From Thermodesulfobacteriota bacterium (GTDB taxonomy: Bacteria > Desulfobacterota_D > UBA1144 > Nemesobacterales > JAJCZQ01), in assembly GCA_965215275.1 (NCBI GenBank), contig OZ244044.1, positions 352,001 to 416,000 on the forward strand: a stretch of 64,000 nucleotides of DNA. The letters run 5' to 3'. This document shows, one piece after another, positions 32,121 through 41,138 of this stretch. A program made the translations under genes and the position numbers. Positions within the stretch are counted from its first letter, which is position 1; the number at the start of each line of letters is the position of its first letter. The notes under the pieces were generated by a model. That model did not search any database. It was not told the origin of the DNA and saw nothing but the letters and a program-made list of their open reading frames with translations.

Positions 32121-32473
32121 GGGGGCGAAATGGCTTCGACGGTAAATGAGACAACTTATGCTGCATGTCGAGCTTATTAACTCGTAAAACTGATTGTGCA
32201 CAATAAGTGCCGAACCAATTAATGCTCTCGCAGCTTAAAAAAAGGCTGTGACGTCTCATAAGACTATGCCCGTGAGTTTTATTGAGGCGCAATTTAACGG
32301 GCTTGTCAGTTTACTTCGCTTGGTTGATAAGCTGGTGAAATTTTAAACTGAGCTTGCAAGGTTAGACCCGCCTGTTGGTATTGGCTTTGTGAAATTTAAT
32401 AAGCAGGATAAACATGTAGATGCTGAGTGATGCTTTTTAGCGGACCTGGGTTCGATTCCCAGCGCCTCCACCA
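32121..32473 (+). ncRNA. ssrA: tmRNA; tag peptide AEPINALAA
   Basis: 5' GGGGGCGAAATGGCTTCGAC, 3' GGTTCGATTCCCAGCGCCTCCACCA. Resume codon GCC at 32209 after ATAAGT; stop at 32236-32238. Confidence 0.95.
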
Positions 32474-32538
32474 CTTTGAGTAAGAAAGAGATTTATAATA
32501 GATAAAATGAAATATATTTCTTCTTGAGAAAATTATTC

Positions 32539-32603
32539 TTGACATTCAGTTAAGAAAAAGTATAATAGTACGACAATGAAAGTTTCTGCTACCCCCCCCC
32601 CCC
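32539..32603 (+). promoter_or_regulatory. Consensus sigma70 promoter, ATG-AAA and C12 tract upstream of the defence operon
   Basis: TTGACA-N16-TATAAT, ATG at 32576, C12 at 32592-32603. Confidence 0.65.
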
Positions 32604-32937
32604 GCAAAAATCCTGTAGCAAACACGACTCCCTTAACTGGGATAACAGAGTTTTATTTCACTGGTATAGCTTAAAATCTTTACGAGCAATAATCAGTAAT
32701 AGCGTAAATTCAACAGCAATATATCCACCATTTAATAACAACCGGGGATTTTATACTACACTAGGTATAGCTTCTGGAGTGAAGTTTCAGAATAGAAGTT
32801 TTTGGAATGGTTATGTTCATAAGCATGTGTCAAGTTATTTATGTATTTGTTAGAAAAAGAAGGTTACTTCATAAAAAACAAAATTTAAGCAAGTTATTCA
32901 GTGGAAAAATTTTTATAAATAAACAGGAGAACAAAGA

Positions 32938-33087
32938 ATGGATAAATCAAAATTATTAGACAATCTTTTCGCGCAAAAGATATTTAGAGTCCCAGATTAT
33001 CAGAGAGGTTATAAATGGCAGATAAATAAACCTAAAAATTTATGGGAAGATTTGATAAACCTTTCAGATCAACTTACTGAGAACTAA
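32938..33087 (+). pseudogene. Truncated DUF262 (GmrS-like) gene
   Basis: MDKSKLLDNLFAQKIFRVPDYQRGYKWQ...LWEDL matches the DUF262 N-terminal P.YQR.Y.W motif. AGGAGA SD; stops after 49 aa. Confidence 0.75.
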
Positions 33088-33090
33088 GCT

Positions 33091-34326
33091 ATGCCTTCAA
33101 TCTTATCTTGGATCGATCATAACTCGGAAGATAGAGAACGTACGCTTCGTATCCTTTCCTTTTTTCAGGAAAAAGAAAGCCGTGACGAACTCGGACTTGG
33201 TTCTGTGCGAGATAGCTTCGCCGACCAACTATTTCCCGGCACAAGCACTTTGCAAACGCGCCTTCGCTATATGCTTTTTGTGCCATGGATATACCGCTCC
33301 CTAGAAGAGAAAAAAATACCTGCAGATAAGTTTGCTACCGAAGCTGGTAAAACAGAAAGAGACCTGATTCAGCCCCTGATAGATTCCAATGACCAGACAG
33401 TTGGAGTATTTGGCAAAACATCAGGAAAGGGGGTTAAACGATTACCTAGTTCCGTTTACTGGACAGGTCTTGGCATATGGGAAATACGGCTTACGCCGTT
33501 CTCACAGCATGAATATCACAAACGTATAGATGAAATATACCGTAGTCGAAATGCTTTAAAAACTCGCGAGAAAGAAGCTAAGTCGAGAGGAGATGATATT
33601 GACTTTGAGCAGAGAAAGAATGAGATTAGTTGGCATCCGAAATTGCCTCAACCTCCAAAAAACTTTCCTTCAGAGGCGGACTTTACCTTATCTCAAGAAG
33701 AAGCAGAGTTTATAAAAGACCGCATCCAGTGTGCTTGCCCCAATAGTTTACTATCTGTTTTAGCGTTGTCCTGTAAACCTGTTAATACTAATGCTCCGTG
33801 GAAACATCCGGATTACAGCAGCTTTTCCAAGGAACACAAAGAACTCTTGACCCATGCACGACTCTTCTCCGAGGTTATGCACGGGGCAGCACTCTCCTAT
33901 AATTTTCAGTTAGCCAAACTTCTACCTCATGATGATCTTGTCTCCAAACATCAGGCAAGTTTCAATAATTGGGCAAAAAACCTCCCCTTGAGGGAAATTG
34001 AAAATTGGGATATTGATCGTCTATGGAAATTGACCCAGGGACACAAACACAAAATTACTCCACGAACTACAAAATTTGTTGAGCAGTGGGTTAACTATGT
34101 TCAGAAAGACTCAAAAAATCTTCTTATAAACACCGGTGCGTTGAACTTGATTGAGAAGAGAGAAATGAAACTCAAAGGTACTCACTCTCGATTCAAAAAT
34201 CGGAGAGCACTTGAACAGTGGAGTGGATATTCGGGTCTCAGAAAATTCGATTACCGTTGGTCGAATGTAAAAGTGCTTTTGAACGACTTGTGCCAAGTTT
34301 CAAGTATAAATTGCGAGGAAAAATAA
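33091..34326 (+). CDS. DUF6361-like protein (Azaca ZacA-like)
   Basis: W.D....R, SRDELGLG.VRD.FAD.LFPGTST.QTRLRY.LFVPW and LPS.VYW.GL motifs; first gene of a DUF6361-PLD-helicase trio. Confidence 0.75.
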   Translation: MPSILSWIDHNSEDRERTLRILSFFQEKESRDELGLGSVRDSFADQLFPGTSTLQTRLRYMLFVPWIYRSLEEKKIPADKFATEAGKTERDLIQPLIDSNDQTVGVFGKTSGKGVKRLPSSVYWTGLGIWEIRLTPFSQHEYHKRIDEIYRSRNALKTREKEAKSRGDDIDFEQRKNEISWHPKLPQPPKNFPSEADFTLSQEEAEFIKDRIQCACPNSLLSVLALSCKPVNTNAPWKHPDYSSFSKEHKELLTHARLFSEVMHGAALSYNFQLAKLLPHDDLVSKHQASFNNWAKNLPLREIENWDIDRLWKLTQGHKHKITPRTTKFVEQWVNYVQKDSKNLLINTGALNLIEKREMKLKGTHSRFKNRRALEQWSGYSGLRKFDYRWSNVKVLLNDLCQVSSINCEEK

Positions 34327-36134
34327 TGCTGAATCCAAACTCCCGAAGTCTTTATACATCTGCATTGACCCCTCCACCGGGAATGGTCTTACGCAAAGCT
34401 ATTGCAACAACTTTTTCAATGGACCCAACTTTACTGCTTGAGGTTCCCGTCTACTTGGCTTTAATAGCAGCAGATAATCAAACAGATAATAAGGACCTGT
34501 CTATTCTTGAAGCCATACGTAGATACTCTAAGCATATTACTGTCTATGTAGAAAAGGGAAGGATTAAAGTACCCAATACCACAAACCCCTTGTTTGGTTT
34601 TCTCGAAGAAATGGTAGTAGAAGTAACAGCTCCTAGGGGAGGTGTTTTTCATCCAAAAGTCTGGGCAATCCATTTTGTAAACCCCAGTCAAGAGAGTTCA
34701 ATATATCGCCTAGTGGTGCTAACCAGAAATATGACCACAGATAAATCCTGGGACCTGTCGCTTCAACTCGAAGGCACAATTAAAAACCAAAAGTTTAAAA
34801 CAAATAAACCCTTGGCACATTTATTCGAACTACTTCCTCGTATGGCTACAAGACCAATAGATACGCACAGGAAAGAGCAAACACTTAAATTCGCAGAGGA
34901 ACTACACAGAGTTAAATGGGAACTCCCCAACGGCTTTGATGAAATGACCTTTTATCTTCCGGGAACAGAAGATTTTGATTGGAAACCTCCCAAGGCAAAA
35001 CGAGTGGCCGTTATTTCCCCTTTCTGCTCTGACGATGCCTTACAAATGTTGGTAAAACAAACCGAGGCCATTGATGATGTGCTGGTTTCACGACCAGAGG
35101 CATTATCTGCTCTTAGAGAAGAAACACTCACGCTCTTCTCGAAATGTTGTCATTTGGATGAAGCAGCAGAAACCGAAGATGGCGAGGAACACGACGCCAC
35201 TAATCAACCATTTGCGGTCGGTCTCCATGCAAAAGCTTACCTGTTTGAGAGCAAATATTATTCTAACTACACTCATTTGGTTATGGGGTCCGCAAATGCA
35301 ACTAATCCAGCATTGAAAACTTCGAAGAATATTGAGATTCTTGTAGGACTGGTTGGAAAGAAAAACAAAATCGGAGGCATCGACGAGTTGATTAGCACTG
35401 ATGGTTTGGGCGAATATCTTGTCGATTTCGACAGAATTAATAATCAAGTTACAATTGATGAAACACGGCAGGGGGCTGAAAAATTTATTGAGGAGGCACG
35501 ATCATGTTTAGCTAACATACACCTGCTCATATGGTGTAGCCCTGGATCGAATGATGACTTGTGGACTTTGGTACTGATAGGAGAAATCCCATCCCTTAAT
35601 GGAATTGTCAGTGCTTATACATGGCCTATAACAGTCCCTCAAAAAAATCATGCGGTGAACATATTAGACAATAATACTCATGACAAGATTAGACTTGGAG
35701 AAGTTTCTACTTCTTCTGTAACAGGCCTTATGGCTTTTGAACTTAAGACCAAGCATCCAGATGTTACCATTAGATTCGTGCTGAATATTCCTATTGAAGG
35801 CGTTCCAAAGGAACGCAACTCTGCCATCTTACAAACCGTGGTTACGAATCGGGAGGAATTCTTTCGTTACCTGATACTCTTACTGGGTGATGATGATATG
35901 GTATCCGGATTCAATCATAGCAACAGCAGCCCAAAATTGATCAACTTGTTCTACCGATTAGCTGACGGTGAAGATATTCCATTACTAGAAGAGTTAACTC
36001 GCACTTACAGTCGACACCCTGAGAGACTGAAAGAAGTATCAGAATTGATTCGTGATTTGTCTCAGGGAAAACAGAACAAAATTATCCCCCAGAAGTTTCT
36101 AGATCTCTGGAAAGTTTTTGAAGATGCTATATAG
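34326..36134 (+). CDS. Phospholipase D-like nuclease-domain protein (Azaca ZacB-like)
   Basis: Two HxK motifs (FHPKVW, LHAKAY) and GSANAT. ATG 34326 overlaps the upstream stop (TAATG). Confidence 0.75.
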   Translation: MLNPNSRSLYTSALTPPPGMVLRKAIATTFSMDPTLLLEVPVYLALIAADNQTDNKDLSILEAIRRYSKHITVYVEKGRIKVPNTTNPLFGFLEEMVVEVTAPRGGVFHPKVWAIHFVNPSQESSIYRLVVLTRNMTTDKSWDLSLQLEGTIKNQKFKTNKPLAHLFELLPRMATRPIDTHRKEQTLKFAEELHRVKWELPNGFDEMTFYLPGTEDFDWKPPKAKRVAVISPFCSDDALQMLVKQTEAIDDVLVSRPEALSALREETLTLFSKCCHLDEAAETEDGEEHDATNQPFAVGLHAKAYLFESKYYSNYTHLVMGSANATNPALKTSKNIEILVGLVGKKNKIGGIDELISTDGLGEYLVDFDRINNQVTIDETRQGAEKFIEEARSCLANIHLLIWCSPGSNDDLWTLVLIGEIPSLNGIVSAYTWPITVPQKNHAVNILDNNTHDKIRLGEVSTSSVTGLMAFELKTKHPDVTIRFVLNIPIEGVPKERNSAILQTVVTNREEFFRYLILLLGDDDMVSGFNHSNSSPKLINLFYRLADGEDIPLLEELTRTYSRHPERLKEVSELIRDLSQGKQNKIIPQKFLDLWKVFEDAI

Positions 36135-36139
36135 GAAAC

Positions 36140-39100
36140 GTGATGCATAACACCCGCTTTTCATCAAAGCCTGCTTTAGACGGTCTAAAAGACTTCCAGA
36201 AAAGAACCGTTGAATATGTTTTTAAGCGACTCTATGGCAATGACTCGACTTCCCGTTTTTTAGTCGCTGATGAAGTTGGGCTTGGAAAAACACTCGTTGC
36301 CAGAGGAATCATCGCCAAGACCTTGGAACATCTGCAAGATAAAGTAAAACGGATAGATGTCGTCTACATCTGTTCCAATGCCGCAATTGCGGCCCAGAAC
36401 ATCAACCGGCTTAACGTCGATAACACCAATAGTTTTTCAATATCCACACGATTGACTTACCTGCCAAGAGAGGTACAGAATCTGCGAAAAAACAAGGTAA
36501 ATTTCATCAGTTTCACACCTAGTACCACTTTTGACCATATTCGTAGTCGAGGTGGGCATGCTGATGAGCGTGCCATTCTGTATAGGATGCTGCACGATTT
36601 GCTCCTGTCGCAGAATAACAAACAAAAACACTTGCACATAGGTCTGCTTAACATCCTTCAGGCAAAAGTAAGTAAAGATAACTGGCGAGCTAAGGCCAAA
36701 AATCTTTCTGCAAAGGATTTGGATTTGGACCTTTCCAAGGACTTCTGTAAAGCAGTCCGCGGAGATACGGAACTGTTTGAGTCCTTGAAGGAAGGCTGCA
36801 AACGTTTTGCTCGCTACCGAGATTACAGCAAACTTCCTCCGGAAGATTCTGAGTTTCGCTACAACTTAATCGGCAAGCTCAGAAGTACTCTGGCTTCAGT
36901 ATGTATGAACGCACTTGAACCAGATTTGGTTATCCTTGATGAGTTTCAAAGATTCAAGCATATACTGGATGGCGATAACGAAGCCTGTATACTGGCATCA
37001 AAACTCTTCAAATATACCGATGTTCGCGTTCTTCTGCTTTCTGCAACACCCTACAAGATGCTAACACTTGACCAAGAACCTGACGAGGACCACTATCCAG
37101 ATTTCATCAGAACGCTAAAATTCCTGTTTAATAACCCCTGCAAAGTAGATGAGGTTAAAAAACTCTTATCGGAAGATCGAGCTACACTTTCTGACCACCC
37201 TAATAATTCGAAAAAAGCTGAAATACAACAAGTTCTCCTCAAGGTAATGTGTAGAACAGAACGGGTTGCTACGACTCAAGATTACAACTCAATGCTCGTA
37301 GAAATTAACAGTTCGGCCCCCCTTAAACCAGCAGACCTTCATCATGCTAAGACTGTTGATACGATTGCTCGCAATATCGGAGCTGATGAACCGATCGAAT
37401 ACTGGAAGTCCGCACCATATCTGATTAATTTTCTGAAACATTATGAGTTGAGACATAAACTGGATACCCAGTTGAATAACCCTTCACCTAATCTTCGAAA
37501 GATTCTTTCATCAGCAAACAAACAGTTGCTGACAAAGGATCAATTTGAAGAATATAAATATTTCGACCCTGCCAATCCAAGGATGCGTGTACTTTTTGGA
37601 GACACGATCGATAAGGGTATGTGGCAACTCTTATGGATGCCACCGTCTATGCCATATATCAAGCCTAGTGGTCCATACCAAGATAAAGATAATTTGACAA
37701 AAGCACTTATATTTTCCTCGTGGAGCGTGGTCCCAGACGCAATTGCATCAATCTGCTCCTACGAAGCCGAACGGAATATGATCACCCAAAACAAGAGTTT
37801 GGTTTCACACAGTGAACTCTATGACAAGATTAAACCACTGCTGCGGTTTGGGGTGGACGCTAAAGATGATCGCCGCCGCTTAACAGGAATGCCTATCATT
37901 GCCTGGTTACTGCCGTCACCGACTCTCGCCACCAAGATTGACCCACTTAAAATTACACTGAACCATGAAGGCAAACCAATGAACACCCAAGAATTGAAAG
38001 ATGAGGTCAAGACTATCTGCCGCAGTTTAATTAAAAATCTGCCTGATGCTAAAGTAGATACACGTGCCGATGAAAGATGGTACTGGGCGGCCCCAATCCT
38101 TCTTGATTCCCATAATGGTTTACTAGACTGGTGTACGGAATGGAGTTCCACTACGCCAGACCATATATCAGACAATCTTTTTAAGGAGCACATCAACCTG
38201 CTAATCAACATGGCAGAGGGTAATGTTGATCCTCCTCTTGGTCCACAACCTGACGATCTCGTAGATGTGCTTTGCGATCTTGCTCTAGCCGGCCCGGGTA
38301 TATGTGCATTGCGAGCACTTCGTCGTATAGGTGACAAACTCGACGCATCTAATCATAATATACTGTCAGCTGCCGCTAAAATAGCATCTGGTTTCCGGTC
38401 TCTCTTCAATATGCCAGAGACAATTGCTATGCTGCGAGGCTACTATGGTGATGGTACCTATTGGCGATTAACTCTTCAGTATGGTATCCACGGAAATATC
38501 CAATCTGTGCTTGATGAATATGTACATATCCTTCAAGAATCGTTGGGGCTTCAAAAATATTCACAAGAAGATCAAGTAACCAAAATTGCTGATTACATTA
38601 AATCTGTGTTATCACTGCAAACCGCACAGATTAAAATCGACGAGATTAAAAAATCAGGAAATGGTTTTATTGTTAATAATTTCAACACCCGATGCCGTTT
38701 CGCACTCCGATTCGGTGATATTCGAAATGATAATAATAAAATTCTTGTTCGTGCCAATTTAGTAAGAGACGCTTTCAATTCTCCTTTTAGGCCTTTTATC
38801 CTTGCTTCAACTTCAATAGGCCAGGAAGGACTGGATTTCCACACATGGTGCCATGCTGTAATGCATTGGAACTTGCCCCCTAATCCAGTAGACCTTGAAC
38901 AACGAGAAGGTAGGGTTCATCGATATAAAGGACATGCAGTCAGAAAGAATATTGCGAAACGATATGGCTTGAGAACGCTATCTAAGTCATATAAATACAA
39001 CCAAGGTGACCCATGGAAGATTCTCTTTCAAACCGCGTCGCAGAATAAATCCAGTGGCCACTCCGATCTAATCCCGTACTGGATTTTTGAAGAAGTAGAA

Positions 39101-39307
39101 AATCCTGCCAAAGTAGAGCGACGCATCCCGCTTCCCCCTTACAGCAAAGAAGAAGGAAGGCTCAAACGCCTAAAGAAGGGATTAGCCTTATACAGGAGGG
39201 TCTTTGGTCAGCCACGACAGGAAGATCTACTTTTCATCCTAAGCCAAAATAGTAATAAAGGGGCGGCAAATTTAGCAGATTATATAATTTCCCTTCAACC
39301 TCCATGA
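36140..39307 (+). CDS. SF2 helicase (Azaca ZacC-like)
   Basis: ADEVGLGKT, DEFQRF, LLLSATPY, GQEGLDFH and EQREGRVHRY motifs. Confidence 0.82.
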   Translation: MMHNTRFSSKPALDGLKDFQKRTVEYVFKRLYGNDSTSRFLVADEVGLGKTLVARGIIAKTLEHLQDKVKRIDVVYICSNAAIAAQNINRLNVDNTNSFSISTRLTYLPREVQNLRKNKVNFISFTPSTTFDHIRSRGGHADERAILYRMLHDLLLSQNNKQKHLHIGLLNILQAKVSKDNWRAKAKNLSAKDLDLDLSKDFCKAVRGDTELFESLKEGCKRFARYRDYSKLPPEDSEFRYNLIGKLRSTLASVCMNALEPDLVILDEFQRFKHILDGDNEACILASKLFKYTDVRVLLLSATPYKMLTLDQEPDEDHYPDFIRTLKFLFNNPCKVDEVKKLLSEDRATLSDHPNNSKKAEIQQVLLKVMCRTERVATTQDYNSMLVEINSSAPLKPADLHHAKTVDTIARNIGADEPIEYWKSAPYLINFLKHYELRHKLDTQLNNPSPNLRKILSSANKQLLTKDQFEEYKYFDPANPRMRVLFGDTIDKGMWQLLWMPPSMPYIKPSGPYQDKDNLTKALIFSSWSVVPDAIASICSYEAERNMITQNKSLVSHSELYDKIKPLLRFGVDAKDDRRRLTGMPIIAWLLPSPTLATKIDPLKITLNHEGKPMNTQELKDEVKTICRSLIKNLPDAKVDTRADERWYWAAPILLDSHNGLLDWCTEWSSTTPDHISDNLFKEHINLLINMAEGNVDPPLGPQPDDLVDVLCDLALAGPGICALRALRRIGDKLDASNHNILSAAAKIASGFRSLFNMPETIAMLRGYYGDGTYWRLTLQYGIHGNIQSVLDEYVHILQESLGLQKYSQEDQVTKIADYIKSVLSLQTAQIKIDEIKKSGNGFIVNNFNTRCRFALRFGDIRNDNNKILVRANLVRDAFNSPFRPFILASTSIGQEGLDFHTWCHAVMHWNLPPNPVDLEQREGRVHRYKGHAVRKNIAKRYGLRTLSKSYKYNQGDPWKILFQTASQNKSSGHSDLIPYWIFEEVENPAKVERRIPLPPYSKEEGRLKRLKKGLALYRRVFGQPRQEDLLFILSQNSNKGAANLADYIISLQPP

Positions 39308-39514
39308 TTTGGATAAGGATTATTTGGAATCCGGTTTAGCATAGGAAACATCCTCTTAACAAGTTTTGCTCAATATCATTGATTAAAATCAGACTGCCTT
39401 TTCTCCGCTTTTGAAGCCATGTAATAGAATATTAGAAATCCTCTAGCACTAATTCTTAAGCATATATTTCAAACAATCCTGAAAATCCCATTTGACAATT
39501 CAACTTTATAACGT

Positions 39515-39868
39515 TATTTTAAAAAAAAAGATAATTTAAATTAAAAAAACTTTCTATTTTAAAAAAAAAGATAATTTAAATTAAAAAAACTTTCTATTTT
39601 AAAAAAAAAGATAATTTAAATTAAAAAAACTTTCTATTTTAAAAAAAAAGATAATTTAAATTAAAAAAACTTTCTATTTTAAAAAAAAAGATAATTTAAA
39701 TTAAAAAAACTTTCTATTTTAAAAAAAAAGATAATTTAAATTAAAAAAACTTTCTATTTTAAAAAAAAAGATAATTTAAATTAAAAAAACTTTCTATTTT
39801 AAAAAAAAAGATAATTTAAATTAAAAAAACTTTCTATTTTAAAAAAAAAGATAATTTAAATTAAAAAA
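39515..39868. repeat. Perfect 40-bp tandem repeat, about 8.8 copies, upstream of fic
   Basis: Unit aaaaaaaaagataatttaaattaaaaaaactttctatttt with no spacers. Confidence 0.95.
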
Positions 39869-39881
39869 GTAAAATAAGAAC

Positions 39882-41048
39882 ATGAACCGAAAACTGCAAG
39901 GTCGTTATATTACCACTTCGACAGCTGGAGAAAACGTGAATGCCTTTATTCCGGTACCATTACCACCGGTACCACCTATTGAGTGGTCATCAGAACTCAG
40001 AGAAAAATTTAATAAGGCTATGTGGGCACTTGGCCGGCTTGACAGCGGATCGGAACCACTTCCGGATACCTCGCTCTTCCTTTATATGTATGTACGTAAG
40101 GAGGCCGTTCTTTCTTCAATGATAGAAGGGACCCAATCTTCACTTTCCGACCTGCTCCTGTTTGAACTTGAGCATCAGCCGGGAGTTCCTCTGGATGATG
40201 TTCAGGAGGTTAGTAATTACGTGTCAGCACTTAATCATGGTTTAAAACGGCTTGAGGAGAATTTTCCACTTTCGCTTCGATTGTTGAAAGAAATTCACAG
40301 TATCCTGCTCTCAAAAGGGCGTGGCGAAAAGCGTAACCCCGGTGAATTTAGAGAAAGTCAGAACTGGATCGGTGGAAGTCGTCCCGGTACTGCTGTATTC
40401 GTTCCCCCTCCTCCGAAATACGTTCAGGAATGTATGGGCAAGCTTGAATTATTTCTGCATGATAGGCCAGAAAAAACACCCGTACTGATCAAGGCAGCAC
40501 TGGCACATGTACAGTTTGAAACCATTCATCCATTTCTTGATGGTAACGGCCGTCTCGGTCGTTTGATCATTACCCTGCTTCTTTGCCATGAAAAGGTACT
40601 TAACAAGCCAATGCTCTATCTGAGTTTATATTTCAAGACGCATCGCCAGCGTTACTATGAACTGCTGAACGAAGTCCGCCTGACCGGTGACTGGGAAGCA
40701 TGGCTTGATTTTTTTGCAGATGCAGTGATCTATACATCGACCCAGGCAGTGAAAACGGCACGGCAACTGATGAAACTGTCAGCCAAAGACGAACAACGGA
40801 TCAACAACCTGAAAAGGATCTCCGGTTCGGCACACCTCATCCACAAAGCAATGCTGGAACGCCCTATAGCTTCTCCAAACTGGGTACAGAAAAAAACACA
40901 ACTTTCGCCAGCTACCGTTAATGCCTGTCTGCGAAAACTGGAACTATCAGGGATAGTCAAAGAGATCACGGGAAGGAAGCGGAACCGCATCTATTCCTAT
41001 GTGGAATATATACAAATCATGAACAAAGGAACAGAACTGAACCCTTGA
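39882..41048 (+). CDS. Fic family protein (Fic_N + Fic + C-terminal wHTH)
   Basis: HPFLDGNGRLGR motif, EAVLSS.IEGT inhibitory helix and G.KRNRIYSY C-terminus. Confidence 0.92.
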   Translation: MNRKLQGRYITTSTAGENVNAFIPVPLPPVPPIEWSSELREKFNKAMWALGRLDSGSEPLPDTSLFLYMYVRKEAVLSSMIEGTQSSLSDLLLFELEHQPGVPLDDVQEVSNYVSALNHGLKRLEENFPLSLRLLKEIHSILLSKGRGEKRNPGEFRESQNWIGGSRPGTAVFVPPPPKYVQECMGKLELFLHDRPEKTPVLIKAALAHVQFETIHPFLDGNGRLGRLIITLLLCHEKVLNKPMLYLSLYFKTHRQRYYELLNEVRLTGDWEAWLDFFADAVIYTSTQAVKTARQLMKLSAKDEQRINNLKRISGSAHLIHKAMLERPIASPNWVQKKTQLSPATVNACLRKLELSGIVKEITGRKRNRIYSYVEYIQIMNKGTELNP

Positions 41049-41076
41049 AACACTACCTCATCTGTTCTTGGAACGG

Positions 41077-41115
41077 TGGTGGACTGCTTATCTACATTGA
41101 TAAAGCAGTCCACCA
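41077..41115. terminator. Hairpin between convergent fic and TonB-dependent receptor genes
   Basis: tggtggactgctt ... aagcagtccacca 13-bp perfect stem. Confidence 0.65.
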
Positions 41116-41138
41116 TAAAATTCTTTTTTAATTCACTC

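Noticed and set aside
34218..34325. N-terminal extension of the PLD ORF
   Set aside because: It overlaps the upstream gene; ATG 34326 coupled to the upstream stop is more plausible.
39515..39868. CRISPR array
   Set aside because: Units are contiguous and identical with no spacers, and no cas genes are present.
41109..41115. attR copy of the tmRNA 3' end (tccacca)
   Set aside because: Only 7 bp, and explained as one arm of a terminator hairpin; no integrase is nearby.
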